Shown here: piece after piece, positions 1-12,043 of the stretch | How the letters are laid out: every line of letters begins with the position of its first letter | How positions within the stretch are numbered: the stretch's first letter is position 1 | Position numbers and translations under genes: made by a program | Notes under the pieces: model-generated | The model's input: only the letters and a program-made list of their open reading frames with translations | Database searches by the model: none | What the model was told of the DNA's origin: nothing | DNA from: Macrostomum lignano | Lineage: Eukaryota | Reading direction: 5' to 3' | NCBI GenBank assembly: GCA_002269645.1 | Contig: NIVC01000907.1 | Location: forward strand, 124,001 to 188,000 | Length of the DNA: 64,000 nt

Positions 1-1040
1 CGGGATCTGGGATCGGGATCTGGGATCGGGATCTGGGATCGGGATCTGGGATCGGGATCTGGGATCGGGATCTGGGATCGGGATCTGGGATCGGGATCTG
101 GGATCGGGATCTGGGATCGGGATCTGGGATCGGGATCTGGGATCGGGATCTGGGATCGGGATCTGGGATCGGGATCTGGGATCGGGATCTGGGATCGGGA
201 TCTGGGATCGGGATCTGGGATCGGGATCTGGGATCGGGATCTGGGATCGGGATCTGGGATCGGGATCTGGGATCGGGATCTGGGATCGGGATCTGGGATC
301 GGGATCTGGGATCGGGATCTGGGATCGGGATCTGGGATCGGGATCTGGGATCGGGATCTGGGATCGGGATCTGGGATCGGGATCTGGGATCGGGATCTGG
401 GATCGGGATCTGGGATCGGGATCTGGGATCGGGATCTGGGATCGGGATCTGGGATCGGGATCTGGGATCGGGATCTGGGATCGGGATCTGGGATCGGGAT
501 CTGGGATCGGGATCTGGGATCGGGATCTGGGATCGGGATCTGGGATCGGGATCTGGGATCGGGATCTGGGATCGGGATCTGGGATCGGGATCTGGGATCG
601 GGATCTGGGATCGGGATCTGGGATCGGGATCTGGGATCGGGATCTGGGATCGGGATCTGGGATCGGGATCTGGGATCGGGATCTGGGATCGGGATCTGGG
701 ATCGGGATCTGGGATCGGGATCTGGGATCGGGATCTGGGATCGGGATCTGGGATCGGGATCTGGGATCGGGATCTGGGATCGGGATCTGGGATCGGGATC
801 TGGGATCGGGATCTGGGATCGGGATCTGGGATCGGGATCTGGGATCGGGATCTGGGATCGGGATCTGGGATCGGGATCTGGGATCGGGATCTGGGATCGG
901 GATCTGGGATCGGGATCTGGGATCGGGATCTGGGATCGGGATCTGGGATCGGGATCTGGGATCGGGATCTGGGATCGGGATCTGGATCTGGGATCGGGAT
1001 CTGGGATCGGGATCTGGGATCGGGATCTGGGATCGGGATC
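1..1040. repeat. Tandem satellite, 13-bp unit CGGGATCTGGGAT, about 80 copies, continues off the left window edge
   Basis: Near-perfect periodicity with one short irregularity near 980-990. Confidence 0.97.
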
Positions 1041-1291
1041 TAATAATCTACGCTCGTAAAATCAGTTAAATATAATCAGGCTGTAATTGAGGCCTGTGGC
1101 GGTTTCGATGTTCCAAGCGGAGGGCTGTTATCAAGAGCAGCATAAGCAGGTAATTGATGCCTGGCACAGGTTTGGAATACGGTATAAACCTAAACATGAC
1201 GAAAGCATAAATATTAGTACAGATTGGCTTTTTCAGTTTAGCCTGAGAAAGTTTCATGGGACCAGCTCATTCCATGTACCATGTTAAGGAG

Positions 1292-1320
1292 CTAAGGAGC
1301 GGAACCCTTCGGTTCATAAT
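1292..1320 (-). CDS. Candidate short terminal exon of the Gab/DOS gene (DYEPKGSAP*)
   Basis: Acceptor TTTTCCCAG at 1321, phase 1 matching the donor at 1587, then TAG. An alternative acceptor near 1190 also fits (GLYRIPNLCQ...), so the C-terminus is unresolved. Confidence 0.3.
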
Positions 1321-1587
1321 CTGGGAAAAGTATTGCAAGGGTGGGAATTCGAATTGGGATCGTGGGATCAAGGTACGGGATTCAGGGTGTGAGGTCATGA
1401 TGCTAGATCCCGGTGCAAGATGAGAGTGCGGGATCAGAGTGTGGGATTGAGCTAAGGATCGGGGTGGGGGATCATTGTGTGGGATCATTGTGTGGGATCA
1501 GTGTGTGGGATCAGTGTGTGGGATTGGACTCCCTGGCAGGAATATGGAGCTCGTCAGTAACAAGGCACTGCAGCGCAAGGCCCTTAC

Positions 1588-3618
1588 CAGATTCGGGCGG
1601 AGGCACCCTGGGCTGCTTGAGGGCATTTTTCCTGGGCGGCGGTGTGGGAGACGATTCGGCCTGCTGCTCAAGCAGCTGCTGCTGCTGCTCCGCCGAGATG
1701 GGCGGCGGCGTGCCGTACACGTCATCGGCGCGGGCCGCGGCGAGCTCCGGCACCGGAGACGGCACCCGGTAGACCGAGGGGTCCTCGGCCGGCACGCCGT
1801 AGACGCCCTCGGCAACCAAATCTGCTTGCAGCTCGGCGGGCAATTTGTAGGCCTCGCTGTCCGCGTCATCGACCGCGGCCGGCTGCAACCGCGGCGGCGG
1901 TGGCGGCGGCGGTCGCTGCAGCATTGGCTGGGTGCTGAGCAGGCCGGCTGGGGGATGAGTGGCGATTATTGTGAGCACTCTACATATCGGCGACAGATTA
2001 GCCTCAATATAGTGAAATGCCCAGGCTTTTGCCACATATTTTATGGTGGTGGGGGACGAAGCCAAGAATCTTACAATTCCTAAATTATTTTGGGAATCGG
2101 TGCTATTAGCACTCATTTTAGCGCCGCAGACAGACATTCACTTTGGCGTCAAAGACAGGCACTCACTTTGGCGCCGCAGACAAGCACTCACTTTGGCGCC
2201 GCAGACAGGCACTCATTTTGGCGCCACAGACAAGCACTCATTTTGGCGCCACAGACAAGCACTCACTTTGGCGCCACAGACAAGCACTCATTTTGGCGCC
2301 GCAGACAAGCACTCACTTTGGCGCCACAGACAAGCACTCATTTTGGCGCCACAGACAAGCACTCACTTTGGCGCCACAGACAAGCACTCATTTTGGCGCC
2401 GCAGACAGGCACTCACTTTGGCGCCACAGACAGGCACTCACTTTGGCGCCACAGACAGGCACTCACTTTGGCGCCGCAGACAGGCACTCACTTTGGCGCC
2501 GCAGACAGGCACTCACTTTGGCGCCACAGACAGACACTCACTTTGGCGCCGCAGACAGGCACTCACTTTGGCGCCGTAGACAGGCACTCACTTTGGCGCC
2601 GCAGGCACTCACTTTGGCGCCACAGACAGGCACTCACTTTGGCGCCGCAGGCACTCACTTTGGCGCCGCAGACAAGCACTCACTTTGGCGCCGCAGACAG
2701 GCACTCACTTTGGCGCCGCAGACAGGCACTCACTTTGGCGCCGCAGACAAGCACTCACTTTGGCGCCGCAGACAGGCACTCACTTTGGCGCCGCAGACAG
2801 GCACTCACTTTGGCGCCGCAGACAAGCACTCACTTTGGCGCCGCAGACAGGCACTCACTTTGGCGCCGCAGACAGGCACTCACTTTGGAAATGCCTGTTT
2901 TGAAGATGATTTCCAACATATCGGCAAGCCTAGGGCTGATAAAAGACCTGTTAAACTGATGAAGAGAATTATTAAACGTAACTAACTCTGTTGGATCAGC
3001 GTGATGCCGACAGGAAACTGCTGGGTCTGCTGCGGCCGCATGGCCTGCTCATCATTGGACTCGACCTCCTCGGCCAATCCGCAGGCCAGGCTGATGCTGC
3101 GCGCCCAGTTCTCCATCTGGGAGACGCTGTCGGGCAGGAAGAAGTAGGTCCGGTCGTGCGACTTGTGCTTGGTGTCCAGCTGGAAGAATGGCAGCTGACT
3201 GTCCGCAGCCTTGTTGAAGTGCCTCGTGAGCCGGCTGGGGATGTCTGACAAGATACTGTCAGGCGGCATCACATGAGTGACAATGTCCTTGGCCTTGCCC
3301 AGGTCTATGGAGCCCTTGACCTTGGCCAGCTGCTTGTTTTTGTAGTACAGCAGGCAGTGGTTGATGCCGTTCGCGCTGCCGCTGATGCGGTACAGGACAA
3401 AGAAGCGGCGGCGCCAGCGCTGTTGAGATGGAGAGAAGCTGTTTAGGGGTGTGGAGTTGATAAAGCAAGAGTAAATAAAGCACAATACTGTAACTTACAG
3501 GCCTGAAAGCTTTAGGTCGCCTGAAGGTAATTAACTTAGAAGATGACTCAGTAGCAAATGGCGGTGACTTGAGCATCCACCCTTTTACTAGGGCCTTTTT
3601 CTCTTCACTGAGTTCCAT
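1588..3618 (-). CDS. GAB: Gab/DOS-family PH-domain docking protein; exons 3499-3618, 2987-3419, 1588-1947
   Basis: Spliced N-terminus VKGWMLKSPP...RWRRRFFVL...LLYYK...KGSIDL...RTYFF...QMENWARSI matches the Gab/DOS PH domain. GT-AG junctions are phase-consistent (0,1,1). Exon 3 has YxxP motifs (YKLP, YGVP, YRVP, YGTP) and a PTPPPRK SH3-binding motif. Confidence 0.88.
2109..2888. repeat. Intronic minisatellite, 25-bp unit GCACTCACTTTGGCGCCGCAGACAG, about 31 copies
   Basis: Visible periodicity; lies in intron 2 of the Gab gene. Confidence 0.95.
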
Positions 3619-5560
3619 CTGTGGTACTTGACAATTGAGCTAAATATTGTTTTATTGTTGGCACTGACTTATAAATCTGAAATATATAATAAATTAATTA
3701 ACCTTATTTCATTTTTCATGGACTTTTATTAATAAAACATGTTATGTAGAACAAAAATATTTTATAGGTGATAAATAAGTCTGCAAAGGAAAGTTGCAGA
3801 GCAACATCTATTCTTACTTTTATTTTAGCATTGCATACAAATTTTCCATTGCACATTGCTATAGCAATTAGCAAACTATAAAATTATTGTTAATGATAGG
3901 TCTATAAATTTGAGAATATGATTATTGGTGTCAAAAGCAATACAAAAAGGCTTCAGCTAAAATCAAATCATATCAATAAAAGCGAACATCTGTTTTAATT
4001 TATTAAAATTGCAAGCTGAAGTTCTCTGTGTATCAGTGTAATAAACAATAATTTGAAATAATATAAATAAGTGTAAAATTAAAAGTTTATGACAACACAG
4101 TTTCTGCAGGCTTATATTCAATAAATTCAGTGTCCTTAGTACGATACAATTAAATTCGTCCAACAATTGAAAAAGGAAATTTCCTCCACTTTCATGCCCG
4201 CTTCCTTGAAAAGTAAGAAGTTGAATCTACGCCAATGCATTTACTCGTAGTTGCGTAAGTGGCAATTAGATTTTTTCACTGCTAAAAGCAAGTTCTACTT
4301 CACATTTGGTTGAGTATACCATTCTACTAAGCTAATTTTGTTTAGAAAATCGTTGGTCCGCTAGGTTCTTCGATTTACTTTTGACACGTATTGTTGTATT
4401 TGAAATAAGCAGAAGTGTGCAGTCAGCAATGTAGAGGACGTTTCCGCCGGGATTAAAAAAATTATAAGGCAGAACAAAAAAATGAAGCAGATTGCAAAGG
4501 GACGTTGGGAAGCTGTAGAAATATGTTAAAAATTGACATAATATTTATTATATTTTTTTAGCTTAAAAAATTAAGTACTATAACGTTATCAATATTAGCA
4601 TAATCATACTGTTTCCACGTGCTGAAGATCGTCTAATAGCGTCTTGTGCTACCACTCCCATGCGTCACACCAATCTCCTATCTTATTGTGATGTTGTCCC
4701 GAATTGTTTAACAGCAAAAAATAATATGGTATCATACCTGTTGTTTATCATTAATTTGTTTGTCATAAAAAATAGAAATCTGCAGGTATAGCCCAATTGC
4801 TTCTATGGAATTTCCGCAATAAGAATATACTGTAGGAGTGTGCTTCAAAGGGCGACATTATACAATTATATTAAGCTACGTTCTCAAGAAAACTATTATT
4901 GATAAGACAGATAAATTCGATAAGCATTATGCTTATGATCCTATTAACAATATATATAATGATCGATGCAATAACCATCGTTAAGGTTAATTTTAGATGT
5001 GAAAAACTGGATTGTACATGCAGTTCTCTAATTTTTATATTGATTGAGCCTTATTAGGCACATTCAGTATGTACGAGCTAAGACTTTCAAATAGTAGGCA
5101 TTGTACGTTGTATACTGTTTATTAATTTACAATTATTAATTTGTTCTTTCTCTACAAATCCGATATATTGATTTATTCAACTTAATTTACATGTATTTGC
5201 TATTGATATAGTCAGTGAATGCTGAATATGGCTTTGAATAACATGTCACATGTCGCATGTAGGTTGAATCTATAGTTATCAATAAGTATAGTTGCTAGAT
5301 AATAATATTGAACATAATATGGTAACACTCCGTTCGCTATGAAGTTCTTAATTCTTGAAAGCAACGTACATTCCAGGCAGTATTGAGAGGTGCCAATATA
5401 TGCAACGATAATTTGACCCGATATTCCACCCTGATATCATCAGGCTTATGCCATACCCTTATCCCACGCCCAAATCTCACAACGCAATGCAGCATGTTGA
5501 TGCCACATCCTTGATCTCCCTGCACCATCCTGACCTAGCTCGATCCCACACCCCGATCTC

Positions 5561-6399
5561 TGGATGGATTTCTGAGGTAAGGAGGATCAGGGATGGATTT
5601 CTGAGGTAATGAGGATCAGGGATGGATTTCTGAGGTGATGAGGATCTGGGATGGATTTCTGAGGTGATGAGAATCTGGGATGGATTTCTGAGGTGATGAG
5701 GATCAGGGATGGATTTCTGAGGTGATGAGAATCAGGGATGGATCTCTGAGGTGATGAGGATCAGTGATGGATCTCTGAGGTGATGAGGATCAGGGATGGG
5801 ATCTCAAAGGTGGTGAGGGTCAGGGAATGGGATCTCTAAGGTGATGAGGGTTAAGGGAATGGGATCTCTGATGTGATGAGGGTTAGGGAATGGGATCTCT
5901 GATGTGATGAGGGTTAGGGAATGGGATCTCTGATGTGATGAGGGTTAGGGAATGGGATCTCTGATGTGATGAGGGTTAGGGAATGGGATCTCTGATGTGA
6001 TGAGGGTTAGGGAATGGGATCTCTGATGTGATGAGGGTTAGGGAATGGGATCTCTGATGTGATGAGGGTTAGGGAATGGGATCTCTGATGTGATGAGGGT
6101 TAGGGAATGGGATCTCTGATGTGATGAGGGTTAGGGAATGGGATCTCTGATGTGATGAGGGTTAGGGAATGGGATCTCTGATGTGATGAGGGTTAGGGAA
6201 TGGGATCTCTGATGTGATGAGGGTTAGGGAATGGGATCTCTGATGTGATGAGGGTTAGGGAATGGGATCTCTGATGTGATGAGGGTTAGGGAATGGGATC
6301 TCTGATGTGATGAGGGTTAGGGAATGGGATCTCTGATGTGATTTAGGGAATTCTCTGATGTGATGAGGGTTAGGGAATGGGATCTCTGATGTGATGAGG
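5561..6399. repeat. Compound minisatellite: about 29-bp GGGATGGATTTCTGAGGTGATGAGGATCA units grading into 31-bp GGGTTAGGGAATGGGATCTCTGATGTGATGA units
   Basis: Visible periodicity; the unit type changes progressively across about 5800-5870. Confidence 0.93.
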
Positions 6400-7295
6400 A
6401 AGACAATTAATTCCTTCTGTTGCTTTCAATCGAGTTTAGTTGAAGATTCTGATGGGTTTGGTCTTCTTAATTCCTTTGATCCGAGGCAATTGTCGGGCCT
6501 CAAAGCATAGAAATCAATCACATTTAGTGCTCCTGCCTCCAGCTCCTGTCAGATGGTCGGTCCCAAGGTAGCATACATACGTGCGGCAAGCAGCTGGTCC
6601 TATAGCTAAGAGAGGACAGCGAAGAGACGAGCTGGGCAAAAAGACAGAAATCAGCTAATCCGACGCCACCAACCCGTGCGCACTGGCTCACCAAACCAGC
6701 TCTCGCAAAATCGGGTTTCCGACTAGAATGGAACCTGAACTACATATAACCTGCAAACCAGTGTCTTTTTTCTTTCAATCTCGAGGTCATCATTATATCC
6801 GATAAATGGGACGCTGCTGGGACTGGATCGCATTGACCATGCACTAGACTAGGTCAGTTGAATGTTCTGTTACCGTAAATCATAAGACTCCTATATGCAG
6901 GCTTCTGGCCACAAATTTCACTACAAACTCTCCAATAGCGCTGATGCAGAGCAGTCAGCCCTCTGAGCTGGTGAATTCTTAGCTCGTCCATTAGATAAGT
7001 CGCATTGATGCCCGAGTCAGCACTAACGTACATGAAAGACTTGAATTCTGATTCAAATGATTGATCGATCGATTAGGGCACTGATTGGTCATTCGGTCCA
7101 CTGTAACTAATTTAATCCTCATCTTCAGCTTAGCTGCCCATCTGAACTCGCATTGCGAATCAAAGACAGAAAACAAATTAGCGGAACGGAGAGAACAAAG
7201 GCAACAATTGGATAGCACGAGCAAAACATCCCAAAAAACCCGAACAAAGGGATCAAGGAGTAGGGTACACGGCGACGGGGCGAGTCAGGCGAGCG

Positions 7296-8095
7296 CTAGA
7301 GAGGTGCCGACAGCACACGGTTGACCATTGGGCGCAGGAGGCGGAGGCAACCTCCCGACTGCGGCAGGTAGCGTGAAACGGCGCCGCTGCGCCAGCCGCC
7401 CAGCCGCTTGATCTGCTCCACGTCGAGGCCGCTGTCGAACGCCAGACAGGCGCCACCCCGTCGTAGAGAGTGGCCTGAGAAAGCTGTCGCCGCCCAACCC
7501 GCATCTGTCAGAGCCTGAGCGAGGCGGCGGTCGAATTGACGCGATGACATCGGGCACCAGCTTCCGGCGATGTGGACGCAAAACAGCCGAGTGAACGCCG
7601 GCCAGACCGCAGCTTGTTAGTCTGAAAATGCCGCCGCAGGGCTTGGACAGGACAAAGTGGGTGGCTTCCGGCCTCCTGGTAGTCTTGTCCGCATTGGTTG
7701 GCCTTCGATTGTCGAATTCGGAGTCTCCAGCACTGACTATCGGCCTGAGTGTCGCCGACGAGAATGGAGTGGCGCCCGCAGACATTTGCTTTCCTGAGAA
7801 GCGCCCAGAAGCAGCAGAGCACGGCGGCCCAAAAGGCGGCGTCTTCAGGGTCTCTTGGGTTCACCTGGTTTGCCAGTGAAAGCAGAACCGCCGGGGTGAT
7901 GGGGTCTTTCTGCTTGACTGAATGGCGGCTTGTCCGTTTGGAGCTCTTAACTGCCAGATCGATCAGGCCGGACTTGGTGATGTCGGGGAGTTGCGCCAGC
8001 TTGAAGCTCCAGCTGATGGCCGCCAGGTGTCCACCGAGGCTACCGGGTGCCACGCCGCGCTTAGCCAGGCGTCGCACATACTCGACCAAGTGCAC
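7296..8095 (-). pseudogene. Tyrosine recombinase (YR) of the retrotransposon, frameshifted near 7595
   Basis: FWALLRKANV (catalytic R), IRQSKANQ (K), PLCPVQAL, FSGHSLRRGGA (HxxR), GGWRSGAVSRY (W, Y). The two frames join if one base is added at GGC/CCG. Confidence 0.88.
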
Positions 8096-9420
8096 CGGGG
8101 ACGCCGCTAGTGGCTGAACACCTTCGAGGTTGCAGTAGCGCTGCCACTGTTCGAGGTTTGAAGCGTACGATGCCTCGTACTAGGAGCCCAGGCGTCGGCG
8201 AGAAAGCGAAGGAGCGGCCCGGGTAGGCGGGAGGCAGGAGGCGCCGGACCTGCAAAAGCAAAAGGGAGGCGGAGGCAGGGCAGAGCGCGTGGCGCGAGAT
8301 GCAGCAGGATTCAGCAGCTAAATCATGCAGGCTACGGTAGAAGCGGAGAAAGAAATTCTGCGCCCCGCTTCTAGAAGCAAGGCGAGAGGCCGGATCCGCC
8401 AGGACCTGGAAGGCGCCTGGAACGTGAAAGGCCCGCAGCCACAGACCCCACGCGTCGCAGGCAAGCGACAGCGTGTGCAGTAGCCGGTTGACGTCGTTAC
8501 ATGGCGAGCTGAGCTTGTTCAGCGCACCGACAGCCGCCGAGCTGTCGCTGTACACGACGATGTCCGCACCGGCGAAGCGGCCCGGGGCCGCAAGGATGCT
8601 GAGGACAGGCGTGATGGTCTCCTTAACGTTGATGTGGGCCGAAGCAAAACGGCCACCAGCGTCGTTCTTCCAGTTGATGTAGAGCCAGTCGGATTTATTG
8701 GCCTCCCGAACAATGCAGGCACCACCCGAGTTGCAGGCGTCAGTCTCGATGACGATCCTTCGAGCGTAGCGAGGCCAGATGGGCGCGCAGCCAACGGACT
8801 GAAGGCTTCTCCTCCACCAGTGCAGCAGCTCAGTGAGGTGCGGGATCAGCCGCAGCTTGTCACCAGGTCTAGTCGCCCGGCTCGCCAGCATCAGTAGAGG
8901 GCGGATGGAAGCTCGGCCTTTCCTGGTCACGCTGCTCACCCAGGACAGCTTGCCGCAGATCCGCTGAAGGTCGCGCTTGCTGATGGCACCGCGTCGATGC
9001 AAGCAGCTCCCAAGTGCGTCTTCGAGTGCACTGAGCTTGGCCGGTGGGATGCTCAGCATCCCCGACTCTGTGTCAATCAGGACGCCCAGGAAAACCGTGC
9101 GCCGCGACGGCCCGCTAGACTTATTTTCGTTGATGGTGAAACCGAGGCTCGTCGCCAGGCTCCTCAAGCTCTCGTAAGCCTCGACACAGGCCTCGTAGGT
9201 GCTCCCGGCCACCGCGAAGTCGTCGAGGTAGCCAACGCAGGTGAACCCGCGCATCATTCCGTCAATTAAAAAAGGCCCGTCGGGGTCGCCGCCCAGCTCC
9301 TTCGCCCAGGCATTTGCGTCAAGGGAGCCACTCGGATTGAAATTGATGTCGCGAATGGAGTAAAAACTTGGGATTAAAATTTGCGGCTGCCAGCTTGCCG
9401 GGGCCACTGGAGCCGCGGCT
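8061..9420 (-). pseudogene. RT/RNase H ORF with a large in-frame deletion of the RT N-terminal core
   Basis: YLDDF, LGFTINENKS, VFLGVLIDT, CGKLSW; RNase H IETDACNSGG, HINVKET, YSDSSAAV, HVPGAFQVLADPASR. The N-terminal W..L..DPD..FLIDG...GF segment runs straight into YLDD, so the intervening RT motifs are missing. Confidence 0.85.
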
Positions 9421-10397
9421 ATTCGTTTTTTGCCGCGTGTTGCGTCTCGCCGTGGTCCGAGCGCAAGCAGACCCGGCACGCATGAGTGTACTTGCAATTC
9501 TGGAACTTGCAGCCACCACGGGTGTTGAACTTGAGGCAGACGGGCGCTCCTTGGATCACCGGAATCTTCCTGTCCATGCGAGAACGGGCATGTTGTGGAA
9601 TCTGCTGCGGGGCGATGAGGTGCCGTGCCACCAGCGAGAAACTCGGTCGCGCCCAGTCTTGCATGCCCGCCTGCTGCTCTCTTCTAAATGCGTCGTCGAA
9701 CCACATGATCCTGGTGGTGTCGTAACCTGCCTCGACCAGCTCACCGATCTGCACATTGTACTGCAAGTACTGCCGAACGCCTTCCAGGTCGAGCTGTCCC
9801 CTAGAGATCAGGGCGTCGAGGATGCGCGCGTTGCCGACTATCCACTGACCGATTCCTGCAGCGATTCGGTTTTAGGCTGATTGGCGGTTGGATGCAGCAC
9901 CTTTTCCCTACGACTCGCCGACGCCGTCCGAGAGTCGCAACCGCAGAAATCCGCAACGACGAGTGGTGCCGCCCGTAGCCCTAGTTGAGCTACTGAGGGC
10001 TCGAGCCTGGTCTCGAACCCGGGACCTCTGAGCATACTCGGGATATTCATGTCGCTACTACAATCAGAGGGCTCATTAAGAAGCTGTTGGTCCACCTCAC
10101 CTGGTCTAAATCGGCCTTCCAGCTGCTGGCGCATTGCTGCCGTCTCCGATTCCAGGCTAGCTATCTTCCGCCGGAGCTCTACTAGGTCCAGCGCCTCCCC
10201 TGCCTCCAGCCGTTGTTGCTGCTGCTGCCGCCGACCTTCGCTGTCGGTCTCCGCGGAGTTTGACGCCGCTTGTTCCCGCCGACTAGCTGCTTCGCTCTGG
10301 TTCATCGCAGTGGAGAGTCTGCTGACCAGGTCTTTCTTGTAGCCGTGCGTGCTCAGGCCCCTATATCTCAATTCTCACGTAGCTGATTTACAGTCAT
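9419..10397 (-). pseudogene. gag-like ORF1: N-terminal SAP domain, coiled coil, conserved gag block and C-terminal Cys/His zinc knuckle; two frameshifts (about 10374 and 9860)
   Basis: MTVNQLRE(E)LRYRGLSTHGYKKDLVSRL after a 1-nt repair; IGQWIVGNARILDAL...YLQY...FDDAFRREQ; CLKFNTRGGCKFQNCKYTHACRVCLRSDH. Confidence 0.8.
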
Positions 10398-11279
10398 CCT
10401 ACGCAAACTCATAGTACCCAGAGTAAGTTGGGCTAGCCAAAAATCGCAAAAAACGCACGCAAGCTGGCGAGGAGAGATAGGCCGAGGCGGGCACAACGCA
10501 CGGGGCTAAAAAGGCCCCACAGACACCCACCCCCCGTCCCGGGGGCGGCGCACCCACCCCCGGACCAAGCACCCCCAAACACGGGCAACGACAAGCCCCC
10601 CCCCCCGGCCCCGCTAACAGCGATTGGCCAGCCAATCTACACTTAATTATCCGACCAGGTTTGCCTTCTCACTGCCGATGGCCAAGGAGTTCTGAGACCG
10701 CAAGCAACAGACTCGTCGTAGCTCAGGGATAGCCGACTCTCGATGGATTTCTAGCAGTTGACTTCAAAGATGATGTCTACTAGTTTGATGTCGTTCGACG
10801 GAGGAAGATATATATGTCGCAATTAGGGGGGCATGCGAATTCAGCAGTCAGCAGACCATCTGGCGCCTGCAGACCCGAAGGTTCGCATGCCATGTGGTCG
10901 CCTGTAATACCTTAAAATCTGGTGATTAACAAACCGAAAAAGTATGCTATCATAGTATCGAATCCCTGTGGAAAAGAAGTAAAAAAGCAATTCCAACGAA
11001 AGCATCACTAAGTCTTCAGGGAGACGAATTAACTTGTGTTAGGCCTTGACTTTACTGATATTATTAATTTTGAAACAAAGTAAAATTCAGGCAAATTAAT
11101 ATGAATTAAGGTTATACAGCACAAAAAACTAAAAACAGAAAAATAGAAAGCGACATGCGGAAGATCAAATCAATTCATTCCAGCTTCTATAATACCAAGC
11201 AACAGAGATATCTGAGACCGTTGTAATACAGTAGGCGGTAAGTATAGTATATAATTTAATTATCCACGAAATAAATTAA

Positions 11280-11460
11280 GAGACTGTGGTCTAATGGTTC
11301 TAGCGTCGGACTGACGACTGAAAGGTCGGGGATTCGACCCCCCAGTCCTTGGATTGAACAGCCGTACGCAGCCTTCAGATGCGCCGCGCAATAGCTGCGG
11401 CTGAGCTGTCGGTTGCAAATCTGCCCACTAGGGCAGTGTGATCAATTATTTATTATTAAT
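11280..11460 (+). mobile_element. tRNA-derived SINE (family A)
   Basis: A box TGGTCTAATGG, B box GATTCGACCC, cloverleaf-like head, about 100 nt of non-tRNA body and a (TTA)-type AT-rich tail. Confidence 0.7.
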
Positions 11461-12043
11461 AATTACATTTAACATTGAAGACAATGCCCATGAATGATCG
11501 ATTTTTCCTAAATGAACAGAATTGATTACAAAATAGCCTTCGATAAATTCCCCCCTGATTGGATTCCCAATTTATTTATATTATTAATGAATTTTCTCCG
11601 TACGACTAAACATTTACTTACGCCAAATGTACTTAATCAATCTTTACTATCAGTAGTATACATGTAAATCAGATTCAGAGAGATGAGGTTACTAACGAAC
11701 AAAAGTTATCAATTATGTGAGCCTAATGGCCTACCTTTAAGTACCCACCAAATCAGTGACAAGCTGTTTGCTGGCAAGCTTGAAAGTTGGACTTCTGCTG
11801 CCACTCTACTGTATGTGAAGAGTGCTATAGGTGACTACTACCTCCATTCTGTTTAATGAGCAAAGATCGTTCATGGACATTGTCTTCTATATTCATTTTA
11901 ATTTCCCCTACCCTTGGATAGTTTTGGGTTCATGCAAGCTGAATTTTACAATAAAATCCGGTTAGAAATTAAGTCCAAGTTCTATGCACGAAAGAAAAAA
12001 ATGGCAAAGTTATTCAAAGCCAGTACTAAAACTGGCACAAAAA

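Larger units (their letters stand above)
7296..10397 (-). mobile_element. Ngaro/DIRS-like tyrosine-recombinase retrotransposon, defective copy
   Basis: Overlapping gag, RT/RNase H and YR reading frames in the order typical of YR retrotransposons. Terminal or split direct repeats were not found by eye. Confidence 0.9.

Noticed and set aside
1475-2083. Plus-strand 202-aa ORF and other antisense ORFs over GC-rich exons (also 53080-53873, 9368-9880)
   Set aside because: Shadow frames of real minus-strand coding sequence with no recognisable motifs
2043-2985. Long ORFs (178-289 aa)
   Set aside because: Translations of the 25-bp intronic minisatellite
5337-7250. Short ORFs flanking the 29/31-bp array
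   Set aside because: No recognisable motifs and no consistent exon chain could be built
6400-10900. Split direct repeats or inverted terminal repeats of the YR element
   Set aside because: No match was found by eye between the 10400-10660 leader and sequence left of 7296; the ends stay undefined pending a dot plot
11280-11352. Functional tRNA-Val(GAC) gene
   Set aside because: Imperfect acceptor and anticodon stems, altered B box, no T-run terminator, and it continues into a SINE-like body and tail
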